A DNA stretch of 63,761 nucleotides, filler included, from Coriobacteriales bacterium (lineage in GTDB: Bacteria > Actinomycetota > Coriobacteriia > Coriobacteriales > UBA8131): assembly GCA_031263105.1 (NCBI GenBank). It is 6 parts of 6 records of this genome, joined end to end, with 100 filler letters (N's around TTAATTAATTAA, not from the genome) between each part and the next. Parts side by side here need not be neighbours in the genome. Positions count along the whole stretch, not along the records: positions 46,618 to 55,761 come from JAISGJ010000114.1; positions 55,862 to 60,528 come from JAISGJ010000046.1; positions 60,629 to 63,761 come from JAISGJ010000067.1; 3 more parts are not named here. One strand, written 5' to 3'. The notes below the pieces were generated by a model. It did no database searches, was not told the origin of the DNA, and saw nothing but the letters and a program-made list of their open reading frames with translations. Position 1 is the first letter of the stretch, and the number at the start of each line of letters is the position of its first letter. The position numbers were made by a program, and so were the translations under genes. This document shows, piece after piece, positions 50,688-63,761 of the stretch.

Positions 50688-51130
50688 CAGTAGTCCTCTT
50701 CGTCCTCCTCGTCCTCATGGATGTCGCTCTTGGGCTTCTTGAGCCCTTCGATGACGATGCCGTTCTTCTCGGCATAGTCCCACAGCGCTGCATGGATGGC
50801 CTCCTCGGCGAGGAGCGAACAGTGCACCTTGATGGGGGGCAGCCCGTCAAGGGCCTCACAGACGGCCTTGTTCGTCACCGTGAGGGCCTCCTGGACGGTC
50901 TTGCCTTTGACAAGCTCGGTCGCCATGCTGCTTGTGGCAACGGCGGCGGCACAGCCGAAGGTCTTGAACTTCACGTCGCGGATGATGCCGCCCTCGTCGA
51001 TGTCGAAGTACACGCGCATGATGTCGCCGCACTGTGCGTTGCCGACGGTGCCGACTCCGCTGGGGTTCTCGATCTCGCCCATGTTGCGCGGGTTGCTGAA
51101 ATGCTCCATGACTTTCTCTGAGTAGGTCAT
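50687..51130 (-). CDS. iscU: Fe-S scaffold IscU/NifU_N
   Basis: YSEKVMEHFSNPRN, CGDIM, KTFGC, LPPIKVHCS. Confidence 0.95.
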   Translation of the reverse strand: MTYSEKVMEHFSNPRNMGEIENPSGVGTVGNAQCGDIMRVYFDIDEGGIIRDVKFKTFGCAAAVATSSMATELVKGKTVQEALTVTNKAVCEALDGLPPIKVHCSLLAEEAIHAALWDYAEKNGIVIEGLKKPKSDIHEDEEDEEDY

Positions 51131-51192
51131 AGCCGGTCTCCGTTCTCTCTCTGTGTCCCTTTGCGCTCCTCTGCGCTCTTTCGCGTCCTGTG

Positions 51193-52392
51193 CTACTTCA
51201 CCGCAGAAAGCGCCTTTTTGCCGTGGACGAAGTCCTCGAAAAGCGGGCTCATCCTGCGCAGACGCTCCACGACGTCCTTGATGGCCTCGACCGTGTAGTC
51301 GATATCTTCGCGCGTGGTCTCCTCGCCGATGGTCAGGCGCAGCGAGCCGTGCGCTATCTCGTGCGGCAGGCCGATGGCCAGCAGCACGTGGCTTGGGTCG
51401 AGGGAGCCGGACGCGCAGGCAGAGCCGCTGGAGCCGAGCACCCCTTTCTGCTCAAGCGTGAGCAGAAGCGACTCCCCCTCGACGAACTCGAAGCTGAAGT
51501 TCGCGTTGTTGGGCAGCCGCAGGGTGCGGTGCCCGTTGAGGCGGACGTGCTCGACCTCGGCCAACACGCGGTCGATGAGGTGGTCGCGCAGGCCCAGCTC
51601 GTGCGCGACGCGCTCGTCGAAGCGCTCCATGCACAGGTCGAGCGCACGGGCCATGCCTACGAGGCAGGGCACGTTCTCCGTGCTGGCACGGCGCTTGCGC
51701 TCCTGTGCGCCGCCGTGCAGAAACGAGCGGGTCTTGAGGCCCTTCCTGATGTACAGGAGTCCTGCGCCCTTCGGCCCGTGGAACTTGTGGGCGGATGCGG
51801 AGAGCATGTCTATGCCGAGTTCCGCCACATCGATGGGCACGTGGGCGACCGCCTGCACCGCGTCGGTGTGGAAGAGCGCCCCGTGCTCGTGGGCGACGGC
51901 GGCAAGCTCCCCGATGGGCTGGACGGTGCCTATCTCGTTGTTTGCGAAGATGAGCGAGACCAAGGTGGTGTCGGGGCGGAGCGCGGCGGCAAGGTCGCGG
52001 GGGTGTATGATGCCGTCGGCATCGACCGGCAGGTACGTGACCTCGAAGCCTTGTTTCTCAAGCCATTCGGCCGAATGGGAGATGGCGTGGTGCTCGATGG
52101 ACGAGGTGACGAGGTGCCTGCCCTTGTCCTTGTAGGCCTCGGCGGTCGCCTTGAGCGCCCAGTTGTCGCTTTCGGTGCCGCCGGAGGTGAAGTAGATGTC
52201 CTGGGCCTGCGCCCCCAGATGGGCGGCGATACGGGCGCGGGCATCGGTGATGGCGGCCTTCGCGTCCTGGCCGAAGGCGTACAGCGAGGACGGGTTCCCG
52301 TACTGCTCGGTGAAGTAGGGGAGCATCGCGTCCACGACCTCGGGGAACACGGCGGTGGTTGCTGCGTTGTCGAGATATATCTGACGGGTCAT
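51193..52392 (-). CDS. iscS: Cysteine desulfurase IscS/NifS
   Basis: YLDNAATT, NNEIGT, SAHKFHGPKG, SSGSACAS. Confidence 0.96.
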   Translation of the reverse strand: MTRQIYLDNAATTAVFPEVVDAMLPYFTEQYGNPSSLYAFGQDAKAAITDARARIAAHLGAQAQDIYFTSGGTESDNWALKATAEAYKDKGRHLVTSSIEHHAISHSAEWLEKQGFEVTYLPVDADGIIHPRDLAAALRPDTTLVSLIFANNEIGTVQPIGELAAVAHEHGALFHTDAVQAVAHVPIDVAELGIDMLSASAHKFHGPKGAGLLYIRKGLKTRSFLHGGAQERKRRASTENVPCLVGMARALDLCMERFDERVAHELGLRDHLIDRVLAEVEHVRLNGHRTLRLPNNANFSFEFVEGESLLLTLEQKGVLGSSGSACASGSLDPSHVLLAIGLPHEIAHGSLRLTIGEETTREDIDYTVEAIKDVVERLRRMSPLFEDFVHGKKALSAVK

Positions 52393-52524
52393 CAGCGCTC
52401 CTTTCTCATAGTGCCTCGGGCCGTTGCTCGGGCCTGTTGTGCAGGTCGTCGTTGCCTCAGAGGATGTCGTCGGCGCGGGCCGTCCCAGCGACGGCGCAGG
52501 CGCGGGCGGCGCGGGCCGCTCCGG

Positions 52525-53103
52525 TCACAGGGTTCCGGCGGCGCGGGCCGCCTCGACCTCGTCCAAGGCCTCCTGCGGCGTGGCACTGCAGCTGCCGTCT
52601 CCCCATTCGAGGACCTCGATGGAGTCGCCGACCTGTACGGCCCCCTCCTTGCGCACGACGCTGAAGATGCCCTCGCGGGGGAAGATGCAGTCGCCTGCAA
52701 GGTGGTAGATGGCGCAGCGGGTGTGGCAGACCTTGCCGATCTGGCTGATCTCGAGTTCCGTCTCGCCCACGCGCAGCAGCGTTCCTACCGGGATGGAGGG
52801 CAGGTCGATGCCCTCGGTGGTGATGTTCTCGGCGAAGTCCCCCTCTTTCACGTCGAGCCCCATGTTGCGGGCCTTCTCGATGGACTCCTCGGCAAGGAAG
52901 GAGACCTGGCGGTGCCAGTCCCCCGCATGGGCGTCGCCCTCGACGCCCGAGCCGATGAGGATGCGCGCGGTGCCGCTTTCGAGGGGGGTCTTGCGCGTGC
53001 CCTTCCTCTTGGAGATGTTGAGGGATGTGACCGTGCCAGCCGCCTTGGCGCACACGGCCCCGGTCGCGTCGCATCGACGCTCGCTCCCTCGGGCTGTCGT
53101 CAT
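52525..53103 (-). CDS. MOSC domain protein
   Basis: GDAHAG.WHRQVSFL, GDFAENI, QIGKVCH..C, CIFPREGIF. Confidence 0.9.
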   Translation of the reverse strand: MTTARGSERRCDATGAVCAKAAGTVTSLNISKRKGTRKTPLESGTARILIGSGVEGDAHAGDWHRQVSFLAEESIEKARNMGLDVKEGDFAENITTEGIDLPSIPVGTLLRVGETELEISQIGKVCHTRCAIYHLAGDCIFPREGIFSVVRKEGAVQVGDSIEVLEWGDGSCSATPQEALDEVEAARAAGTL

Positions 53104-53232
53104 CTCGTCTGCCTCCTCTCGGATCTGCCACAGGACGGGCATGATGAGTTGCTCCAGAAAGCACAGTATAGAACAAGCCTCTACCAATTCCTAGAGGATT
53201 ACTATGAATTATTGGTAACGGTTGTTATGAGA

Positions 53233-53451
53233 GGTTTACTTGTATTCCGAGCCCTTCGGTTGCGCTCAAGGTGAATTTCGGGGCGCAAGCCCCGGAACCG
53301 AGGAATCTTTGAGCGCCTTAGCGTTCAACCGGGCCGGTTGGCTGCTTCGCAGCCAAGGATTCCTCACGCTCGGGCTTCGCCCTCGGTTCGGAATGACAGT
53401 AGGCCGGGCTTCGCCCTCGGTTCGGAATGACAGGGGTGCGACGAGTAAGCC
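53233..53451. mobile_element. MITE/REP variant copy 13
   Basis: ATTCCGAGC...GAGGAATCTTTG...CAAGGATTCCTC...CGGAATGACAG with duplicated right arm; divergent termini GGTTTACTTGT / ACGAGTAAGCC. Confidence 0.8.
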
Positions 53452-53467
53452 CTTGGCGACATCTGGG

Positions 53468-55549
53468 TCAGGAACCGGTGGTGGCGTCGGTTCTGCTTTC
53501 GTCTCCGGTGTTGGTTCCGCCGCCGGTGCCGCTTCCGCCGCCGGTGTTGGCGCCGTCGTCGCTCCCGCCGGTGCTGGGGCCGGGGTCGGGGTCAGGGCCG
53601 GGGTCGGGCATGGTGCCGATATAGACGGTCACGGTGCTGTTCTTGGAGACGGCGGCGCCTTTCGCAGGGTCCTGTCTGACGACCTTGTCGACCTGCGAGG
53701 CCCTTCCAACGGACTCGCTCTGGTACTCGACGAACAGGCCGAGGGCCGCAAGCTCGCTCGCCGCCTCCTCGCGGGTCTTCCCTGCGAGGTTGGGCACGGT
53801 CACGGACTCCGGCCCGAGGGAGAGCGTGAGGGTCACGGTCGTGCCCTTGTCCTGCGTGGCGCCGGACGGGGGCGTCTGGCGTATGACGACGTCGACGGCC
53901 TTGTCGCTGTGCTCGGCCTCGGCGTACTCGACCTCGAAGCCTGCGTCCTTGAGGTATTGGACGGCCTGGTCCTTCGGCTGGTCCACGACGCCGGGCACGA
54001 CGCCGGTCTCCTTGCCCTTGGACACGTAGAAGGTGACGGTCGACCCCTCGCTGATCGTCCCGCCCGCCGCCTGGTCCTGGGCGCAGACGCTGCCTGCGGG
54101 CACGGTGGCGTCGAAGCGCTCGCCGCCGTTGGAGGGCTGCAGGTTGAGGCCCTCGAGCTTCGTCTTCGCGGCGTCGGGCGAGAGGCTGTAGAGGTTGGGC
54201 ACCTCGACCTGTTTGGGCGGCTCGGGCCCCGAGGAGAGAACCAGCTCCACCGCCGTCCCCCTGTTCACCTCGGTGTCTGCGGAAGGCTTCGTCTGGATGA
54301 CGCGGTCCTTCTCCATGGTCGCGTGTGCCTCGTAGGACACCGCGCCGGTGGCGAGCTTCGCGTCGCTTATCGCCTTGCGCGCCTCCTGCTCGGTTGCGCC
54401 GACGACGTTGGGCACCCGGGCCTTCTCCTCGCCTTTGGGCATGAGGAAGTAGACGGCGGCGGCGATGGCGGCGATGCAGACTATGACGGCGATGACCGTG
54501 ATGACGGCCGCTCGCGTGCGGTTCTTTTTCTTCTTCTGTTCCTCGGCGGCGCGGGCAGACGAACGGACGTTGAGGGGAGACGCCGAGGAGACCGAGGGCA
54601 TGACGGCGGTATGGGCGGGAGGCTGTAGGCCGTCCTGTGCGCCGTCGGCGCCGATGACCGGCAGCACGCCCGCCGCCCCCATGACGCGCGTGACCGCCGC
54701 AGGCTGCTCGACGCCCGTGTCGACGGGGCGTCCTGCGAGGTAGTTGTTCAGTGCGGTGCGCATCTGCTCGGCTGTGGCGTAGCGCTCAAGGGGGTCTTTG
54801 GCCAGCGCCCTGAGGATGATCGCCTCGAGCTCAGGGTCGATGGCGGGGTTGATCTGCGCGGGCGGCACCGGCTGCTCGTTGACCTGCTTGACCGCGACCG
54901 CGACGGCATCGGGCGCGTCGAAGGGCACCTGGCCCGTCGTGGCCTCGTAGAGGACGACGCCGAGGGAGTAGATGTCGGTGGCGGAGGTGAGGGGCCTGCC
55001 CTGCGCCTGTTCGGGCGAGACGTAGTATGCGGTGCCGAGCACGCTGCCGGTCTGGGTCATCGTCGAGCCGTTGGCGCGTGCGATGCCGAAGTCCATGACC
55101 TTCGCGTTGCCGTCCGGCTGCACCATGATGTTGTGGGGCTTGATGTCGCGGTGGATGATGTCGTAGCTGTGGGCGACGCTGAGGGCCGCGCAGACCTGCG
55201 AGGCGATCTCTGCCGCCTTGTGCTTGTTGATGGCGCCGCGCTGCTGGATCGCGGTCTTGAGGTCGGTGCCGCGCACGTACTCCATGACGATGAAGTAGGT
55301 GTTGTCTGCCTCGTCGTGGCCCCAGTCGTAGATGTTGACGATGTAGGGGCTTTGCAGGTTGGCCGCAGACTGCGCCTCCTGCTTGAAGCGCGCGGCGAAG
55401 GTGGGGTCGCTCGCGTACTGCGGCAGCATCACCTTGACGGCGACCGTGCGGCCCAACACCTCGTCGGTCGCCTTGTAGACCTCGGCCATGCCGCCGATGC
55501 CGATCTTCTCGATCAGCCTGTAACGATTGCCGAACACTCTGTCTAACAC
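53468..55549 (-). CDS. pknB: PASTA-domain Ser/Thr kinase
   Basis: IGIGGMAEVY, HRDIKPHN, DFGIA, TM helix, four PASTA repeats. Confidence 0.96.
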   Translation of the reverse strand: MLDRVFGNRYRLIEKIGIGGMAEVYKATDEVLGRTVAVKVMLPQYASDPTFAARFKQEAQSAANLQSPYIVNIYDWGHDEADNTYFIVMEYVRGTDLKTAIQQRGAINKHKAAEIASQVCAALSVAHSYDIIHRDIKPHNIMVQPDGNAKVMDFGIARANGSTMTQTGSVLGTAYYVSPEQAQGRPLTSATDIYSLGVVLYEATTGQVPFDAPDAVAVAVKQVNEQPVPPAQINPAIDPELEAIILRALAKDPLERYATAEQMRTALNNYLAGRPVDTGVEQPAAVTRVMGAAGVLPVIGADGAQDGLQPPAHTAVMPSVSSASPLNVRSSARAAEEQKKKKNRTRAAVITVIAVIVCIAAIAAAVYFLMPKGEEKARVPNVVGATEQEARKAISDAKLATGAVSYEAHATMEKDRVIQTKPSADTEVNRGTAVELVLSSGPEPPKQVEVPNLYSLSPDAAKTKLEGLNLQPSNGGERFDATVPAGSVCAQDQAAGGTISEGSTVTFYVSKGKETGVVPGVVDQPKDQAVQYLKDAGFEVEYAEAEHSDKAVDVVIRQTPPSGATQDKGTTVTLTLSLGPESVTVPNLAGKTREEAASELAALGLFVEYQSESVGRASQVDKVVRQDPAKGAAVSKNSTVTVYIGTMPDPGPDPDPGPSTGGSDDGANTGGGSGTGGGTNTGDESRTDATTGS

Positions 55550-55644
55550 GTCAGTCTCCCAAAGGTCGATGCTTTGAACATAGTATACCCTACCTGAGAA
55601 AACGCCGATTCGTTCGGCGCCTTCCTCGCTCCCTCGCTCATCCG

Positions 55645-55761
55645 GTTACTGTTCACGCCCCCACTGTCATTCCGAGCGCAGCGAAGCGGAGTCGAGGAAT
55701 CTTTGGTCGCGAAGCGACCAACAGTAGGTCGGAGGGGGCCTTCGACCTACGGTCGACCGCT
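55645..55761. mobile_element. MITE copy 14 (cut by contig end)
   Basis: GTTACTGTTCACGCCCCCACTGTCATTCCGAGC...GAGGAATC. Confidence 0.9.
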
Positions 55762-55861
55762 NNNNNNNNNNNNNNNNNNNNNNNNNNNNNNNNNNNNNNN
55801 NNNNNTTAATTAATTAANNNNNNNNNNNNNNNNNNNNNNNNNNNNNNNNNNNNNNNNNNNN
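55762..55861. other. Artificial contig linker
   Basis: N-TTAATTAATTAA-N. Confidence 0.98.
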
Positions 55862-55961
55862 ACGGCGTCCTCGCCGTCCCGCCCTCGTGCCGCGCGGCGG
55901 CGGGCGCGGGACGGCGAGGCCGCCGTCCCCGACGGACGGGGCACACGAGGGCGCCCACATC

Positions 55962-56248
55962 GTTACTGACACTATGTGTCCACACCCTCACTGTCATTCC
56001 GAGCCCCGCCGAGGAATCCTTGGACACGCAGTGTCCAACGGCAGGTCGGGGGGCCTTTCGGCCTGCGGTCGACCGCTGGCGCGGTCGAGGATCCCTCGGC
56101 AGGCTCGAGATGACAGTGGGGGGTGTGAACATTTGGACACGCAGTGTCCAACAGCAGGTCGCAGGGCCCTTCGACCTGCGGTCGACCGCTTGCGCGGCCG
56201 AGGATCCCTCGGCAGGCTCGGGATGACAGTGGGGGCGTGAACAGTGAC
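55962..56248. mobile_element. MITE copy 15 with internal tandem duplication of the body and right arm
   Basis: Perfect TSD CCCACATC (55954-55961 / 56249-56256). Confidence 0.95.
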
Positions 56249-56293
56249 CCCACATCCCCGCCGCAACCAATCGGCGCTTCCTTGCCCTTGTAT

Positions 56294-56307
56294 CGAACAG
56301 ACGTTCG
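56294..56307. promoter_or_regulatory. LexA (SOS/Cheo) box upstream of uvrA
   Basis: CGAAC-AGAC-GTTCG. Confidence 0.85.
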
Positions 56308-56431
56308 TAGTACACTCTTACGCGATACGAACGACACGCGATTTAGTACAATAAGGGTTTGCGTAAAATCGTCGGGGCGCGGGGGCAGGAAAACGCCTTT
56401 CCTGCGTCCCGCTTCTTCCAAGGAGCAGCCG

Positions 56432-59284
<2,853 letters not shown>

Positions 59285-59328
59285 GCGCATGGGCGCGTCG
59301 ATCTCGCAGAGGGGGAGAGGGGCGTCTT

Positions 59329-59661
59329 TCAGCGCAGGTCGAAGACGCCCCGTATGCTCGTCATGATCGAGCGCATCGCGGCGTCGTCCGCATAGCCGAG
59401 GAGGCGGTATCCGCGCTGTCTGACGTCGAGGGTGCGCAACCCCTCCACAAAGGCGAAGCCCGACACCTCGTCCGCATCGATCCGCACATGAAGCGGATAC
59501 CCGTTGTCCGTCGAGGAGACGGGCACCACGGCAACGAGGCTCGAGCGCGAGTTGAAGCCGAATCCGCTCACGACCACCGCAGGCCGGAGCCTGGCCGGCT
59601 CATGTCCTCTGGCCGGCGTGAAGTCGATCTCGATCAGGTCTCCCTGCTCAAGGGCGTTCAC
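59329..59661 (-). CDS. PemK/MazF-family toxin
   Basis: QGDLIEIDFTPARGHEP..RPAVVVS...FN. Confidence 0.9.
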   Translation of the reverse strand: MNALEQGDLIEIDFTPARGHEPARLRPAVVVSGFGFNSRSSLVAVVPVSSTDNGYPLHVRIDADEVSGFAFVEGLRTLDVRQRGYRLLGYADDAAMRSIMTSIRGVFDLR

Positions 59662-59972
59662 GGGATCACCTCTGCCCCGACATCCTCGCCCCAGTCGAAT
59701 TCAGCGGGCTGATACGCTCCCGTATGGTTGGCGAACAGCTCGTCGATCGAGACGAACGGCGCATCACCATAAGAGCGGTGCATTCCCGTCGGGCGGATGA
59801 GGATGTACTCGCCGTCCCTGTCCGTCCCTGAAGTCATCGTGAGCCTTGAGCCGACTCCGATCCCCGCCTTGTCGCACATCTTCTTCGGGATGCGCACCGC
59901 GCGCGAGGTCCCCCAGGAACTCAGGCTCGTGTCGGCCTCCATGGGCCGAGGGCGAACTGCTGCGTCTTTCAT
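59658..59972 (-). CDS. AbrB/MazE-family antitoxin
   Basis: SWGTSRAVRIPK...EFDWGEDVGAEV; overlaps the toxin start. Confidence 0.88.
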   Translation of the reverse strand: MKDAAVRPRPMEADTSLSSWGTSRAVRIPKKMCDKAGIGVGSRLTMTSGTDRDGEYILIRPTGMHRSYGDAPFVSIDELFANHTGAYQPAEFDWGEDVGAEVIP

Positions 59973-60087
59973 GTCCGTTTCCTCTCTGGAAGATATATTG
60001 AGAGCTATCTTATCAGAGCGGAGGGGCAAAGTAAAGCCGGATTGCCCTCGCAACAGCACTCGCAACAGCACTGAATGCAAGTCGGAT

Positions 60088-60252
60088 GTTGCTGTTCACA
60101 CCCCACTGTCATCCCGAGCCTGTCGAGGGATCCTCGACCGCGCCAGCGGTCGACCGCAGGTCGAGGGGCCCTGCGACCTGCCGTTGGACACTGCGTGTCC
60201 AAAGATTCCTCGGCGGAGCTCGGAATGACAGTGAAGGTGTGACCTCAGTAAC
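60088..60252. mobile_element. MITE copy 16
   Basis: Perfect TSD AGTCGGAT (60080-60087 / 60253-60260). Confidence 0.97.
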
Positions 60253-60283
60253 AGTCGGATCCCGGTCGTGGTAGCATATCGCC

Positions 60284-60528
60284 ATGGAGAAACTGCCGAG
60301 CATACGGGAACAGGTGGATGCGGTGCCGCAGCTGCCGGGGATCTACTTCTGGAAGGGCGCCGAGGGGCAGGTGCTCTACGTGGGCAAGGCGAAGCAGCTG
60401 CGCAGCCGCATGCGCCAGTACGTCAACCTCTCCGACGAGCGCGCGATGATCCCGCGCCTCATGGAGCAGGCCACGTCCTTCGAGTACCTCGTCACGGAGA
60501 GCGAGCACGAGTCGCTCGTACTGGAGAA
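60284..60528 (+). CDS. uvrC: Excinuclease ABC subunit C, N-terminus (truncated by contig end)
   Basis: PQLPGIYFWK....LYVGKAKQLRSRMRQY...ESLVLE GIY-YIG domain. Confidence 0.9.
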
Positions 60529-60628
60529 NNNNNNNNNNNNNNNNNNNNNNNNNNNNNNNNNNNNNNNNNNNNTTAATTAATTAANNNNNNNNNNNNNNNN
60601 NNNNNNNNNNNNNNNNNNNNNNNNNNNN
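60529..60628. other. Artificial contig linker
   Basis: N-TTAATTAATTAA-N. Confidence 0.98.
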
Positions 60629-62933
60629 CGTCCTTGCGGGCCGCGACGGGCTGTCACTGGTGTGGGTGCTGGGCGTCATCCTCGTCATCACGCTCGTGCT
60701 GGGGACGGCCTTCCTCGTCACGAACGGCCGCACGGGCGCGCTTGCCGCAAGCCACGGGCGGCAGCAGGCGTACCATACGGCGCTCTCCTCCCTGGAGACG
60801 GTCTCGCAGTGGATATCCACCGGCTCGGCTCCGGGGGCCCCGCATCAGCAGGAGGCCGAGGCGCTGCTCGACGAGATACGGCTCCACGCGAATGCCGGGG
60901 GCCTGACCTGTCGGCTCGAAGGGCTTGCGGGGACGATGGGGCAGTGCAGCATCCACTTCGGGTACCTCGACAAGACGGGGGCCGAGCTGACGCTCACGGC
61001 GACGGCCACCTACGCCGCTGCGACCGAGGTGCTGTCCCTGACGATGCGGGAGGGAGAGCCCGTGCCCGTCGTCGGCAGCCTGCCGGTCTCGACCTATGAC
61101 GGCACCCGCTACGACGCGCGCGCCGCCGAGGTGGACGCGCTGGCAAGCGACGGCATCGTCCCGCTGTACGACGACAGCGCCGCCGACAACTCGCAGAAGA
61201 ACCAGGACGACCTCGCGCTCCTCGGCAAGGAGATACCGGATGCAGGAAGCACCAAGGAGGCGCGTTGGACGAACGTGAACCTGAAGGGCACAGGCAGGTT
61301 CGACCAAGAGGTGCTCGGGACGCAGCGGTACCCCCGCAACGGCCGGAACGACACGGCCACGGACAACAGGCGCTTCATGGTGCCGGTCAACGGCAGGATC
61401 ATGATCGACCCCTTGGAGGGGGGCGCATCCCTCTCCGAGTCGGCGACCGCGTCCAAGAACACGAAGCTGGCCGCGCTTGCGATAGACAACACCGCAGGCA
61501 AGGACGTCCTGTTCCGGCTCGCGTCGGACAGCGAGGCGACGGGAGGCGGCACCTACAGGATGCGTTCCGAGAAGTGCCTCAACTCCCTCATCATGCTCGA
61601 TTTCACCGACAACGCCAACCGCAGCGAGTCGTTCGACTACCAGCTCGACGGGCAGCAGAGGAGCCATACCTGGCACCCGGACAACTGGAAGACGCTCGAT
61701 CTGTACGTGCAGTCGGGGGCCAAGGTGACGTCCAACCTCGTCTTCGGGCCCTTCGGCCACAAGTACGACGACTATCTCGATTACTGGTCATGGGGCAACT
61801 TCGTCGACAACTGGAACGGCACGACGGAGCGCGAGTATGTCAGCCTCTGGCCGTACACGTCAAGCCCCAGCTCCAACGGCGGCAACTATCGGGGCCTGCC
61901 GATATTCCCCGTCACCTTCGGCAGGGATGCCTCGTTCTGGATACTCGACCGCCGCGCCGACCGCTCCTTCCGTCTGATGCAGGGGGTCGATGTCATCGAG
62001 GGCACCGTCTACTCCACGCGCCCCACCGTCATCGGCGGCGGCATCCTGCGCAGCAACACCTCGGGGAAGACCACCGACGGCATCAACTCGGACCGGAGCG
62101 GCTACTCCCACGGCTCCAGCTCCAGCCACAACCTCTACGCGGATGCGACGGTGCGCTACGACCAGCTCATCTACGACACCGACATCGTGCTGAAGGCCCC
62201 TGCCTCCGGCACCGCCCGCTCGGTCGTCCGCAGGCCGGACACCTGGGAGGACAAGACCGTCTCCTACCACAGCTTCGACCAGGGCTTCAACCCCACCATG
62301 ACCATCAAGGGCGGCACGGTCTTCGTGGGCGCGGGGCAGGCCCTCACGGTCCAAGGCGCGACGCGCGACAACATGTGGATAAGCCCGGAGCGCATCGTCG
62401 TCGAGACGGGCGGCTCGCTGACCATCCAGCCGAGCGCCCACACCAACGTCCTCACGGACGTCTACGTGGACGGGGGAGTCCTTGAGATAGAGGCGGGCGC
62501 GAAGCTCAAGGGCAACATCTACGCCTACAACGGCGGCGAGGTGCGCATCGGGGGCGGCTTCACCCTCGACAGCCCCCACGACGACCTCGACGCCTCCGTC
62601 CTGACTGCGGACGAGGCGAAGGACGGCATCCATATCTACGGGAAGGGGCTTGTGGACGTGGCCGACGGCATCCTGTCTCCCGGCGTGCTCGTCCTTCCCA
62701 AGGCGTTCGACGCGGGCGCGCTCGTGATAGGCGGCTCGGCGAACAGGGTGCACCTGCATGGCGTCCATGACGGCTCCCTGGTCCACGCCCCGGACGGCTC
62801 GTCGTTCGGCCAGGCGATGAGGGAGAGGGTACAGTCCGAGGTCCTCTGTCGGGGCAGCGACCCCAAGACCGGCATCTGCACGCACTACGGCCTCATCGGC
62901 GCCTGGCAGGCGGGGAAGTACGCCCGTGGGTAG
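60629..62933 (+). CDS. Large PilX-like minor pilin/adhesin (5' truncated)
   Basis: RDG|LSLVWVLGVILVITLVLG prepilin-like N-terminus lacking Glu5, QQAYHTALS, large beta-rich C-terminal region. Confidence 0.7.
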
Positions 62934-63669
62934 GGAGGCGGCGCGTCGGCCCCTATGGGCGCTGCCGCAGCCTGCGCACCCGTGGCTCTTGGGGAGACGT
63001 TCGGCCGCCCCCGCCGCCCCCGCTGCGGCCGCCCCCGGCGCTCCCGGCCGCCCCGGTGCCCGCAGCGCCCGCCCGCGCCCCGCCCGCGCCCTCGGCGGCT
63101 TCACGCTCGTCGAGGTCGTCGTCACCCTCGGCATCGCGCTCATCGTCCTCGGCGTGACCCTCGTCATGCTCGTGGCGAGCATGGGCATATCCGGCCGCAT
63201 CGTCAGGGACGCACAAGGGGAGCAGGTCGCCGATGCCTGCCTCGACCTCGTCGCCGACCGGCTCCTCCTTGCAGGGGCGGTCGCCCCGTCGCCCCACGAC
63301 CTCGCAGGCGCACTCGCCGGGTCCGAGGACCTCCTCTACGTCGGCGACGCGTCCGGGCAACCGAGCGCGCGCGGCTGGCTCTACCTGCGCGCCCGCCAGA
63401 CGGCGCCCACGCCCGAGAACGCCTTCGGCGAGCAGTTCTACCTGGGGCAGACGCTCTCGTTGGACGTCACGCAGACGCTCGCGGTGGGACGGCGCCCTGC
63501 GCTCACGATAGAGCTGGGGCTCTACGACCCTTACGGCGTCGCCGTGGCGCACCGACGGCGCAGCATCGTGCTCGTCAACGCGGATGCCCTCGCCCTCAAA
63601 GACGCCGCCTCCGCCGGCAGCACCCCCTTCCCCCCCGACACCATCCTCACGATAACCCCGCCCAGATAA
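62926..63669 (+). CDS. Prepilin-type N-terminal cleavage/methylation domain protein (start uncertain)
   Basis: GG|FTLVEVVVTLGIALIVLGV. Confidence 0.85.
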   Translation: MGREAARRPLWALPQPAHPWLLGRRSAAPAAPAAAAPGAPGRPGARSARPRPARALGGFTLVEVVVTLGIALIVLGVTLVMLVASMGISGRIVRDAQGEQVADACLDLVADRLLLAGAVAPSPHDLAGALAGSEDLLYVGDASGQPSARGWLYLRARQTAPTPENAFGEQFYLGQTLSLDVTQTLAVGRRPALTIELGLYDPYGVAVAHRRRSIVLVNADALALKDAASAGSTPFPPDTILTITPPR

Positions 63670-63761
63670 CCCCCCCCCCCCCCCCCGGCCCCGGACGCGC
63701 CTCCTCCCCCGGCCAAAATTGCTGTTGAAAACCCCGGCGCTCCCACCGAGCCCCGCCCGCA

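Noticed and set aside
60284..60528. GIY-YIG gene beside MITE copy 16 as the element's mobiliser
   Set aside because: It is the ordinary UvrC N-terminus and lies outside the TSD.

Overview
High-GC bacterial DNA, most likely from a Coriobacteriia/Eggerthellales-type actinobacterium. This is inferred from the dnaK-grpE-dnaJ-hspR-clpB operon, a CGAAC-N4-GTTCG LexA box, PknB and coaE-uvrB. The window is six contigs joined by artificial 100-bp N/TTAATTAATTAA/N linkers (1-14570, 14671-28971, 29072-46517, 46618-55761, 55862-60528, 60629-63761), so adjacency across linkers is not biological. Most of it is housekeeping (chaperones, ade, queA, metG, fba, coaE, uvrABC, iscS/iscU, pknB, two tRNAs), together with two hybrid kinase signalling modules, surface proteins, minor pilins, a MazEF-like pair and many gene fragments. 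The most striking unexplained feature is a non-coding palindromic mobile element family with about 16 full or partial copies. Its termini are GTTAC...GTAAC, seven copies have 8-bp target-site duplications, and it has a TGTCATTCCGAGC...GAGGAATC REP-like core, covarying internal hairpins and tandemly amplifying arm units. It disrupts genes, sits at truncation junctions and has itself been hit by an IS200 whose TnpA lacks the catalytic tyrosine. Other notable items are a 4.4-kb lower-GC island bracketed by a ~58-bp imperfect direct repeat, an XamI-type methyltransferase preceded only by a remnant of its restriction gene, and a >2000-aa repeat adhesin with an unusual three-TM C-terminal anchor.
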